Positions 57,001-64,000 of a DNA stretch of 64,000 nt are shown piece after piece. The notes under the pieces were generated by a model. It was given only the letters and a program-made list of their open reading frames with translations, did not search any database and was not told the DNA's origin. Both the position numbers and the translations under genes were made by a program. The stretch comes from Pirellulales bacterium (GTDB lineage: Bacteria; Planctomycetota; Planctomycetia; Pirellulales; JAICIG01). The stretch spans positions 125,288 through 189,287 of the forward strand of contig JBBDYJ010000006.1 in the NCBI GenBank assembly GCA_040901675.1, read 5' to 3'. Position 1 is the stretch's first letter, and each line of letters opens with the position of its first letter.

Positions 57001-60000
57001 TCCGGCCAGTCGGGCGTAGGCCTGGGCGTCGGCCTCCGTGGCGTTGAGCTGCCGGAGCAGAATGTGGCTATGGGTCCAGGCCAGCTCGAACACCCGGTCG
57101 GCCAGGTGGGGGTCGTGATACTTGTTCATCATGGCGGTGACGGCCAACCGCGTCTCGGCGACGCCGGTGACCAGGTCGACGCGCGCCGTCTCGTTCGGCT
57201 CGAGCAGGATGGCATGCCGGATGCAGACCACGGGATCGAGGACGGGCCCCTGGCTGTCGGAGAGCCGCCTGCGCCCGTCCATCGCCGCGGGTGAAGCCAG
57301 GCTCCCGCCCCTGCCAATGAACTTCATGCGGTCCGTTTCGAACGACGCTTCGCCCACCGTGGTGCCCCGAACCGTCATCAAGTGCACCATCCACGGCGGC
57401 CGCTCATCGGCCGACCGCGGCCGGCGCGTGCAGAGGATGGCCTGCCGGTCTGGTACCAGCTCCGTCTGGACGAACAGATTGCTGAACGCCGGGTGGGACA
57501 GATCCTGGCCCTGCTGCGCCAGGACCACCTCGGCATAGCTGGTCACCTCAATCGTCCTGGCGGATTCGGACCGGTTCGTGAGCGTGATGCGCCGCAACTC
57601 GACGTCGTCTTCGGGCGATACGCTGATCTCCGTGTGCGTGTCGATCCGTTCATCGCGCCGGCGGAACTCGGCACGGGCCTGGGTGAAGATCGCCTGGTAC
57701 CGTTTCGTGTGGGTGAGCGTCGGCTGCCAAGCCGTCGACCACAGGACGCCGCTCTCCAGATCGCGCAGATAGCAAAACGATCCCCAACAATCGCGGGTGG
57801 GGTCTTCACGCCAGCGCGTCACCGCCAGGTCGCGCCAGCGGCTGTACCCGCCCCCCGCGATCGTGATCACCACGTGGTATCGGCCATTGGAGAGCAGGTT
57901 CACCTCGGGCGCCGCGCCGGCCGGGTCGGTGAAGACCCGCGTGGTCCCCTCCTCCTCGACCGAGACGGTGCGGGTGGCGCTGGCTTCCGCGACATGGGGA
58001 AAGACCGGTGCGCTCGCCTTGGGCACCCGCTCCTGTAGCAACAAGTCGGCGGCGCGCAGCATCGGATCGGCCGCGAAGCGGCGCTGCATCGGCCTGTCCA
58101 ACAACAGGCACGCCAGCGACAACAGGCTCATTCCCTGGTGGTGGGCCATGAACTGCCGCACGGCGACACCGGTCAATCCCCGCGGCACGCGCAAGGGCGT
58201 AAAGTCGACGGCTTCGTATAGTCCGTAGGCCCCTTCGACGCCCTCTCTGGCCAGTCGCTCCAGGTTCCGGCACGCCGCCTCCGGGGCCACCATCAGCGCC
58301 AGGGCGCTGGCATACGGCGCGATCACCAGGTCCTCGGCCAGGCCTCGCTTGAGCCCCAGCCCCGGCACGCCGAAGGCCCGATACTGATAATTCATTTGCA
58401 CGTCGAGCGCGTTGTACCCCGACTCCGACATGCCCCACGGCAGTCCACGCTGCCTGCCGTAATCGATCTGCCGGCGGACCACGGCCCTGCAGGTTCGGTC
58501 GAGTAACGTGTTGACGTAGGTAGGCATGACCAAGAGCGGCATCAGGTACTCGAACATCGAGCCGCTCCAGCTCAACAGGGCCGGCGCGCCGGCGGTCGTG
58601 GTCAGCATTCGGCCCAGCGCAAACCAATGCTCCTGCCCCACCTGGCCCTGGGCAATCGCCACGAAGCTTGCCAGGCGTGCCTCGGATGCCAGCAGATCGT
58701 AGAAGCTGCCGTCGAGTCGCCGCTCGTCGACGTTGTACCCGATGGCAAACAGGTCGCGCGACTTGTCGAGCAGGAACGAAAAATCCATGTCCGCCAATTC
58801 CTGGCATTGGTCTGCAATTTGCTCCAGCGTCTTGATCCGGTCGGCGGCACGCTGCGAGGCGTCGATGATCGCCCGGCGCAACTGCCCGAACCAGTCGGTC
58901 GCGCGTGCCAGGCTGTCGGGCTGGCGGTCCGGCGGCCCCAAGAACTGCTCGACGATCGCGTCCAAGGCGGGGAGCAGCGATGAAGGCAATGTGGCAACTT
59001 CGCGCAGGCTCGGCACGGCTTGGAGCCGCTTCCAGAGCGCGTCGAACTGGCCGAGCCGCTGGAGCTGCTCCGGCGAACCGTGCAGCCGAATGTCCTGAGG
59101 AGGCGGCGGGAGCTCTGTCCAAGCGGCCATGTGCAACAGGTCGTCCCGGTGCTCGAGGCACGAACGCTCGAAGGCGCTTGCCCACCACTGGAGTTCCTCA
59201 TCGGCCCCCGCGGCGGCCGTAATCTCCGCCGCCGCGACCACGAGCCGCGACAACAAAGCTGCCGCAGCGCTCAGCGTGTACGGTCGATGCTCCAGGTCCT
59301 TCACCAGTTGCTCGATCTTGCGCAGCACGTCGGCGGCAAGCAGCCCCGTACGATCCTGCTGCCCGGTCCGGTGAAGCCCGTTGGCCACGTCGAGCAACAC
59401 GCGCGCCGTGTCGCGCAATCCGCCAAAGACGCGCCGGGGCAGCAGCTCGGTCTCGGCCAGCTCCAGCAAGCCACCGCGGAGCACCAGCAGGTGCCCGGCC
59501 AGGTTGCCGCTGTCCACCGTCGAGACGTACCGCGGGGGCAGCGGCTTCAGCGAGCGCGTGTCGTACCAGTTGTAGAAGTGACCGCGGTACCGCTCCATGC
59601 GGGCCAAGGTGCCGAAGCTCTTCTGCGTGCGGTCGAGCAGACGGCCGACGGAGCAATACCCGAAGTCGTAGGCGGCCAGGTTCGAAAGGAGTGTTACGCC
59701 GATGTTGGTCGGGCTGGTCCGCGACGCGATGGTCGGGGCCGGGTGCTCCTGGAAATTGTCGGGCGGCAGCCAGTTCTCTTCCTGCGTGACGAAGACTTCG
59801 AAGAACCGCCACGTCCGCCGGGCCAACTTCTCCAGGAAATGACGTTGCTTGTCGGACAGGCGGACCGGTGGTGGAGCCAGTGGCTGGCTCAGCCACCATG
59901 CGACGATCGGCGAGACGAACCATAGTCCGAGCAGCGGTCCCGCCATCGGCAGCGCGTCGGGCCGGTACCACGTCAGGAGCAAGGCCGTCGCGCAGGAAAC

Positions 60001-62892
60001 CGCCGGCGCGACGCACATCAACCGGAAGAAGCCGGCCAGACCGGACTGGGCGCCGCGCTCGGCGCTGCTGGCGCTTTTCCACTCGAGCAGCTTCTTTTTC
60101 GTCCAGAGCACCCGCAGCAGCGTGCGCACGATCGCGTCGAGGCTGACGTACGCCTCGTACGGGAGGAAGACCAGCGTAAACAGAGACTGGGCCGCTTGCT
60201 TGCCCAGCGCGCCGGCCGTCACTCGCAAGTGCGCCGGCAGCGGCAAGTCGGCCGGCTTGCGAAGCAGGTCGGTCGCCACCGACAGCAGCGGGACGGCCGC
60301 GGCGACCGCCAGCACGAAGATGGTTGCGGCCGTCCCCAGCGGTGGTCCCAGCAGCAGCCAACAGCTCAAGAGCAGCACCAGCATGGCGAAGGGTACGAGG
60401 CTTCGGCGAAGGTTGTCGAAGATTTTCCACCACGAAAGCGCGGTGATCGGATTCTCGACGCGTCCCGCGGCGAGCCTCGGGACCCTGGGAAGCAACCAGC
60501 GGGCGATCTGCCAGTCGCCGCGCATCCAGCGGTGGCGCCGGCTGACGTCGGCGGGGTAGTGCCAGGGGTACTCCTCGTACAGCTCGACGTCGCTCAGCAG
60601 GCCGGACCGGGCATGGACGCTTTCCAGCAGGTCATGGCTCAAGATGGAGTTCTCGGGGAATCCGCCGCAACTCTGCTCGAAGGCGTCCACGTCGTAGATG
60701 CCCTTGCCCACGAACGACCCTTCGCCGAACAGATCCTGGTAAACGTCGGAGACGACGCGCGTGTACGGGTCGACGCCCGCGTCGCCCGCGAAGAGGCGTA
60801 CGAACCACGACCGCTGCGCGCTCGGCAAGCTCACGCCGACGCGCGGCTGCAAGATGCCGTACCCCTCGGCAACCCGGCGGCCCTTCGGGTCCAGCACGGG
60901 GCGGTTGAGGGGGTGGGCCATCGCGCCGACCATTTCCCGCGCCGAGTCGCGCGGCAACTGCGTGTCGGTGTCGAGCGTGATGACGTATCGCACTTGGGGC
61001 AGCACGGTCGTGTCGCCGACGATTTGGGAGAACCGGTCCGCGCCGCCGCCGCGGACCAGCGCGTTGAGGTCCGCCAGCTTGCCGCGCTTTCGCTCGTAAC
61101 CCATCCACACCCCTTCCTGCGCGTTCCACCGCCGCGGACGGTGGAAAAGGAAGAACGCGCCGGGCCGATGCTTCTCGTACTTCGCCTCGAGCTGCTCGAT
61201 GCCTTCCTTCGCCAGGCGCACCAGTTCCTCGTCGGCCGGCATGACCCCCTGCGCCGCGTCCTCGAAATCGGTCAGCAGCGCAAAATGGAGGTGGTCGTCG
61301 CGGTTGGCCAGAAACCGAACTTCCAGCCCTTCCAGCAGGTCCGCCACGCCCTCGGCATTGAAGAGCATCGTCGGCACGATGACGATCGTCCGGTGCTCCG
61401 GCGGAATCCCCTGGCTGAAGTCCAGCCGCGGCAGCGGCCGAGGGTCTACCAGCAGGGTCGCCAACCAGTTGGCGACGCCGACGCCCAAATGTGCCGCGCA
61501 GAACAGGGCCGGGATGGCGAGCAAGCCTGGCCACAGGACGCTGGCCCCCTGCCAGCCCGAGGCCGCGAAGAATGCGGCCGTCACGCCCGCCGTGACCAGC
61601 AGCACACCGCACAGGTAAAAGAACAGCGGAAAGCGCCGGCCGATTCTGGCCGCCACGATCCGCGGCGACGACCGCATTTTCACGTTGCGCTCCAGGGCGG
61701 CGCGGCCCTGGTCAATGAGATAGTAGCCGACATGCGCCGTCCGATCGTCCGGTCTCTCCGCCGCCGCGGTGTCGGCGAGCTGAATCGCCTTGCGGGCAAC
61801 GTCGTACTGCGACCAGCGGCTCCGCTTGGCGATCTCCTCCACCCCGTGGCGGTAACGATCGCGGGTGGCGAAGTCCATCCCGGTGTAGACACGCGCCGGG
61901 TCCTCCCGCAGGATCTGCTCGACCAGGCTGTGGTTCTCGACGAACTTCCGCCAGTCGTTCGAGCTGAGAAACCGGAGGCTGATGATGCTGTTGCCCATCG
62001 AGACCTGGTCGGCGGCCTGCGACTGCCCCTCGGCCAGGACGAGCCGTTCGGTCGTCAGCCCCTGCTCCGACAGCCGGTGCTCGAGCCAACTGTTGGCGAA
62101 GGCGAAATGCGGGCTCTGCCCTTGCAGGTGCCGAGTCAGCTCCGCCAGAAACGCGCCCGAGAGAGGCGGGTCCGCGCGCGCCATGTCCGCCAGCACCAGC
62201 ACCAGGTCAGTCGGGTTCCGTTCGACCACCTCCACCATCCGCTCCGCCCAGTCGTCGGCCAGGTCCTGGTCCTTTCGCCCCGTGGCCAACCGCGCCGCCA
62301 CACGGCGCAAGTTTTCGATCAGTGCCAGCCGCAGCATGATCGGTACTGCCCAAAGCTCACCGAGCGTTAGCGGCTCGATCGTTTGGTAGGCCGCGATGAA
62401 GCCGTTGACGCTGTCGGCGTCTACCCGCCCATCGACGTGTGCGATCAACTCCAGGGCGATACCGTAGACCCGCGGGTAGCTCGCGGCCGGCCCACCGGCC
62501 AGCCGCGGCAGCTCCCGGCTGAACGCCCGCGGCAGGTGCCGCCGGGCGGTCCGGATCTGGTCTTCGATCAGATAGAAATTGTCGAGCAGCCATTCGGCCG
62601 CCGGCGCGATCCGCCGCTTCCGATTGACGGCGGCCGTCACCAGATGGTACGTCTGAACGAGGATCCGCTCGTTCTCGTCCAGCCGCGACATGAGCTTGTC
62701 GGACACCCGCCCCGTCGCAAGCCGGTGGGACGCCGCCAACGATTTGGCATGCCGCTGGAGTTGATCGACGCTGAACAGCTCCGCTCGCAGCGGCTGCTCG
62801 TCCACCCTCTTGGGGGACAGCCCGTCCCCGTCGCTGAACTTTCGCCAGGGGGACAGTCGGTCCAGTCGCGCCTTCAGTGAATGAACAACCAC
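54013..62892 (-). CDS. ndvB: Cyclic beta-1,2-glucan synthase (Cgs/NdvB; GT84 plus GH94-type C-terminus)
   Basis: EWLLDNFY, WMGYERKRGKL, LDTDT, SHDLLE, RWMRGDWQ, WSGSMFEY, FYQSGGAFGFRDQLQD, GDWNDG, RENGGQYTH, WYTGSAGW; 2959 aa. Confidence 0.95.
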   Translation of the reverse strand: MVVHSLKARLDRLSPWRKFSDGDGLSPKRVDEQPLRAELFSVDQLQRHAKSLAASHRLATGRVSDKLMSRLDENERILVQTYHLVTAAVNRKRRIAPAAEWLLDNFYLIEDQIRTARRHLPRAFSRELPRLAGGPAASYPRVYGIALELIAHVDGRVDADSVNGFIAAYQTIEPLTLGELWAVPIMLRLALIENLRRVAARLATGRKDQDLADDWAERMVEVVERNPTDLVLVLADMARADPPLSGAFLAELTRHLQGQSPHFAFANSWLEHRLSEQGLTTERLVLAEGQSQAADQVSMGNSIISLRFLSSNDWRKFVENHSLVEQILREDPARVYTGMDFATRDRYRHGVEEIAKRSRWSQYDVARKAIQLADTAAAERPDDRTAHVGYYLIDQGRAALERNVKMRSSPRIVAARIGRRFPLFFYLCGVLLVTAGVTAAFFAASGWQGASVLWPGLLAIPALFCAAHLGVGVANWLATLLVDPRPLPRLDFSQGIPPEHRTIVIVPTMLFNAEGVADLLEGLEVRFLANRDDHLHFALLTDFEDAAQGVMPADEELVRLAKEGIEQLEAKYEKHRPGAFFLFHRPRRWNAQEGVWMGYERKRGKLADLNALVRGGGADRFSQIVGDTTVLPQVRYVITLDTDTQLPRDSAREMVGAMAHPLNRPVLDPKGRRVAEGYGILQPRVGVSLPSAQRSWFVRLFAGDAGVDPYTRVVSDVYQDLFGEGSFVGKGIYDVDAFEQSCGGFPENSILSHDLLESVHARSGLLSDVELYEEYPWHYPADVSRRHRWMRGDWQIARWLLPRVPRLAAGRVENPITALSWWKIFDNLRRSLVPFAMLVLLLSCWLLLGPPLGTAATIFVLAVAAAVPLLSVATDLLRKPADLPLPAHLRVTAGALGKQAAQSLFTLVFLPYEAYVSLDAIVRTLLRVLWTKKKLLEWKSASSAERGAQSGLAGFFRLMCVAPAVSCATALLLTWYRPDALPMAGPLLGLWFVSPIVAWWLSQPLAPPPVRLSDKQRHFLEKLARRTWRFFEVFVTQEENWLPPDNFQEHPAPTIASRTSPTNIGVTLLSNLAAYDFGYCSVGRLLDRTQKSFGTLARMERYRGHFYNWYDTRSLKPLPPRYVSTVDSGNLAGHLLVLRGGLLELAETELLPRRVFGGLRDTARVLLDVANGLHRTGQQDRTGLLAADVLRKIEQLVKDLEHRPYTLSAAAALLSRLVVAAAEITAAAGADEELQWWASAFERSCLEHRDDLLHMAAWTELPPPPQDIRLHGSPEQLQRLGQFDALWKRLQAVPSLREVATLPSSLLPALDAIVEQFLGPPDRQPDSLARATDWFGQLRRAIIDASQRAADRIKTLEQIADQCQELADMDFSFLLDKSRDLFAIGYNVDERRLDGSFYDLLASEARLASFVAIAQGQVGQEHWFALGRMLTTTAGAPALLSWSGSMFEYLMPLLVMPTYVNTLLDRTCRAVVRRQIDYGRQRGLPWGMSESGYNALDVQMNYQYRAFGVPGLGLKRGLAEDLVIAPYASALALMVAPEAACRNLERLAREGVEGAYGLYEAVDFTPLRVPRGLTGVAVRQFMAHHQGMSLLSLACLLLDRPMQRRFAADPMLRAADLLLQERVPKASAPVFPHVAEASATRTVSVEEEGTTRVFTDPAGAAPEVNLLSNGRYHVVITIAGGGYSRWRDLAVTRWREDPTRDCWGSFCYLRDLESGVLWSTAWQPTLTHTKRYQAIFTQARAEFRRRDERIDTHTEISVSPEDDVELRRITLTNRSESARTIEVTSYAEVVLAQQGQDLSHPAFSNLFVQTELVPDRQAILCTRRPRSADERPPWMVHLMTVRGTTVGEASFETDRMKFIGRGGSLASPAAMDGRRRLSDSQGPVLDPVVCIRHAILLEPNETARVDLVTGVAETRLAVTAMMNKYHDPHLADRVFELAWTHSHILLRQLNATEADAQAYARLAGSVIYASALRRAKPSVLIRNRRSQSGLWGYGISGDLPIVLVRIHDRARVELVRQAVQAHAYWRMKGLGVDMVIWNEDESVYRQTLQDTIMDVIAASPEATLVDKPGGIFVRRGEQMSEEDRSLLRTVARVFLLDDAGTLREQVERRGRGEVSIAAFKPLRRRSETTPVDEVPRRDLAFFNGLGGFSRDGREYVTLLGPAQTTPAPWINVIANPQFGTVVSESGSAYTWSENSHEFRLTPWCNDPVTDTGGEAIYVRDEENGHFWSPAPFPARGEMSYVARHGFGYSIFEYAQDGIVTELCLFVAADEPVKFARLRITNRAGRPRRLSVTSYWEWVLGELRDKTLLHVVTELDPISGALFARNSYSSEFAERIVFVDSSETVRTVTADRTEFLGRNGTPANPAALRRIRLSGRIGAGLDPCAALQVPVELEDGEEKDVVFILGAARDEAQARQLVQRFRGAASAQRALEGVWHYWSRSLGTVHFETPDPAVNFLANGWLIYQVLACRMWARTGFYQSGGAFGFRDQLQDAMALVHAEPAALREHLLRAAARQFREGDVQHWWHPPAGRGVRTHFSDDYLWLPYATCRYVAATGDTGVLDEGLPFLNARPVRPEEDSYYDLPQVSGDFGTLYEHCVRAIDNGLRFGAHGLPLMGCGDWNDGMNLVGAQGQGESVWLAFFLYDALTRFAELARRRGDAATADKYAIEAGRLRGNIEEHAWDGDWYRRAYFDDGTPLGSASNPECRIDALPQSWSVLSGAGTSARSLTAMNSVDRLLVRRDARLIQLLEPPFDMSPLNPGYIKGYVPGVRENGGQYTHAAVWTVMAFAAMGDSQRAWELFSLINPVTHAATSQAVATYRVEPYVVAADVYAVAPHTGRGGWTWYTGSAGWMYRLITESLLGLQLHVDKLRFAPCLPQSWSTFKIHYRYRETFYHITFRNGGGSTVERVVVDGNQQPERTVPLVDDRNDHHVEVEVGPAPGPDAAGMGLAAVENTVAMKTE

Positions 62893-62970
62893 CCAGGACC
62901 CCTCGTGACCAAGTTTCCCGCCTGCCTTCAGGCGAGGTTGTCCCTGGTTTAGTCGATCATTGTCAGAAGA

Positions 62971-63051
62971 TCAACACGCGCCCGACGGTTGATGATCAGC
63001 CAGAGCGCGTGGAATCAAGATCACGAGCAAGATAGTGGACATGGAAATCAT
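62971..63051 (-). CDS. Small ORF or remnant with a hydrophobic DUF3309-like start
   Basis: AAGGAG 7 nt before ATG; MISMSTILLVILIPRALADHQPSGAC*. Confidence 0.35.
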   Translation of the reverse strand: MISMSTILLVILIPRALADHQPSGAC

Positions 63052-63081
63052 GCTTATTCTCCTTCAAAAATGACTCAGTAT

Positions 63082-63999
63082 TCATCGCTGAGGTTTCACC
63101 CGCAGCCTCGCCGACGGCTCCGGCTGCGCTCGGTCGTCGGGCACTGGCGGCATGAGGCTGGGAACAGGCAGGCGCCGCACTAACGCATCGGTCTCTCGGC
63201 TGGCGGGCACCTGCACCTGGCTGGCCGGTACCAGCATTCGCACCAGTTGGACCACACCCTGGGAGTGGTCCGGCTGCGACAACAACACTCGCGTCCGATC
63301 ATCGACCAGCGCCGCGCCCTGGCTGCCTGACTGGCAGAGGCCGCCAAGCTGAAGCTGCTGGCCATCCATCGCAAAGCCGACTGCGAGTTCGGCGAAGGGG
63401 AGCGGATCGTCCGGCGACGGCAAGTCGGCGGCTGGCATCCGCAACTGGTCTCGAGCCGAAGCCAACAGCGACCGGCTGACCAGGCCGGGCCCGGCGGTCA
63501 GCTTGCCGGCGGCCAGCGTCAGCCGCCCCTGGTCGAAGACCGCCTCGCGCACTTCGAGTTGGGCGGTGCCGCTCAAGCGGTGCGGAAAATGGTCGGTCAC
63601 CAGAGCGTCCAAGTCGATTTCGGAAAACAGGCCGGTCAGCTCGCCCTGCCAATCGCCGCGGGCGTCGTCGGCCCAGAAACGGCCGTTGAAGCGCGAGCGT
63701 GGGCCAAGCCAGCTCGCCGTGTCGGCCAGCGGCGATGCCAGCGAACAGGGCAGGGGAGTGCCGCCGGTGGACAGATCGAACCGCGTGGCGGCGGAGCTGC
63801 CGCCGCGGCCGCGCACCAGGCGCAGCCTGGCCGGCTCGGGCATTTCAATCCCCGCCAGGGTGAACCGCAAGCTGAGCGTGTCCTTGCGGCCGGCACTTTC
63901 GAGGTAGCCGCTGACGCCGGTGAAGGTCTGTGGGCCGCCTGGCGACTGCCAAGTGACGTCGCAGGGCGAGAGGTCCAGTGGGGTTTGCCAACCGGCGGT
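63082..63999 (-). CDS. Hypothetical protein, 5'-partial
   Basis: Frame open to the window edge; beta-rich, protein-like sequence. Confidence 0.7.
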   Translation of the reverse strand, partial: TAGWQTPLDLSPCDVTWQSPGGPQTFTGVSGYLESAGRKDTLSLRFTLAGIEMPEPARLRLVRGRGGSSAATRFDLSTGGTPLPCSLASPLADTASWLGPRSRFNGRFWADDARGDWQGELTGLFSEIDLDALVTDHFPHRLSGTAQLEVREAVFDQGRLTLAAGKLTAGPGLVSRSLLASARDQLRMPAADLPSPDDPLPFAELAVGFAMDGQQLQLGGLCQSGSQGAALVDDRTRVLLSQPDHSQGVVQLVRMLVPASQVQVPASRETDALVRRLPVPSLMPPVPDDRAQPEPSARLRVKPQR

Positions 64000-64000
64000 C

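Overview
High-GC bacterial chromosomal DNA, most likely a planctomycete (Pirellulales-like). This is inferred from a DUF1559-type protein, an HTH/acidic-linker membrane protein, a large CcsBA fusion and the intergenic repeats. It holds about 46 protein-coding genes; I saw no rRNA, tRNA, CRISPR array, transposase or prophage. Housekeeping and transport genes: hisD-hisC-hisB, gdhA, ltaE, queC, cstA, an alanine:cation symporter, an MMPL transporter, a CcsBA cytochrome c synthase and a 2959-aa cyclic beta-1,2-glucan synthase. The best candidates for new biology are four. (1) A divergent form IV RuBisCO-like protein operon with a Gfo/Idh/MocA dehydrogenase and a TIM-barrel isomerase (35.2-38.5 kb). 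(2) A LysR-linked, translationally coupled operon: secreted protein, histidine-box desaturase fused to a SAM-binding-like domain, and an LtaS-like transferase (39.8-43.5 kb). (3) An orphan sigma54-type promoter followed by a structured ~135-nt unit containing an 18-codon ORF (12.0 kb). (4) A membrane pseudokinase paired with a DUF1559/STN-like protein. The spacers carry several families of REP-like palindromes and heptamer arrays, some of which supply stop codons or appear to truncate genes. All calls come from manual motif reading; no database searches were run.
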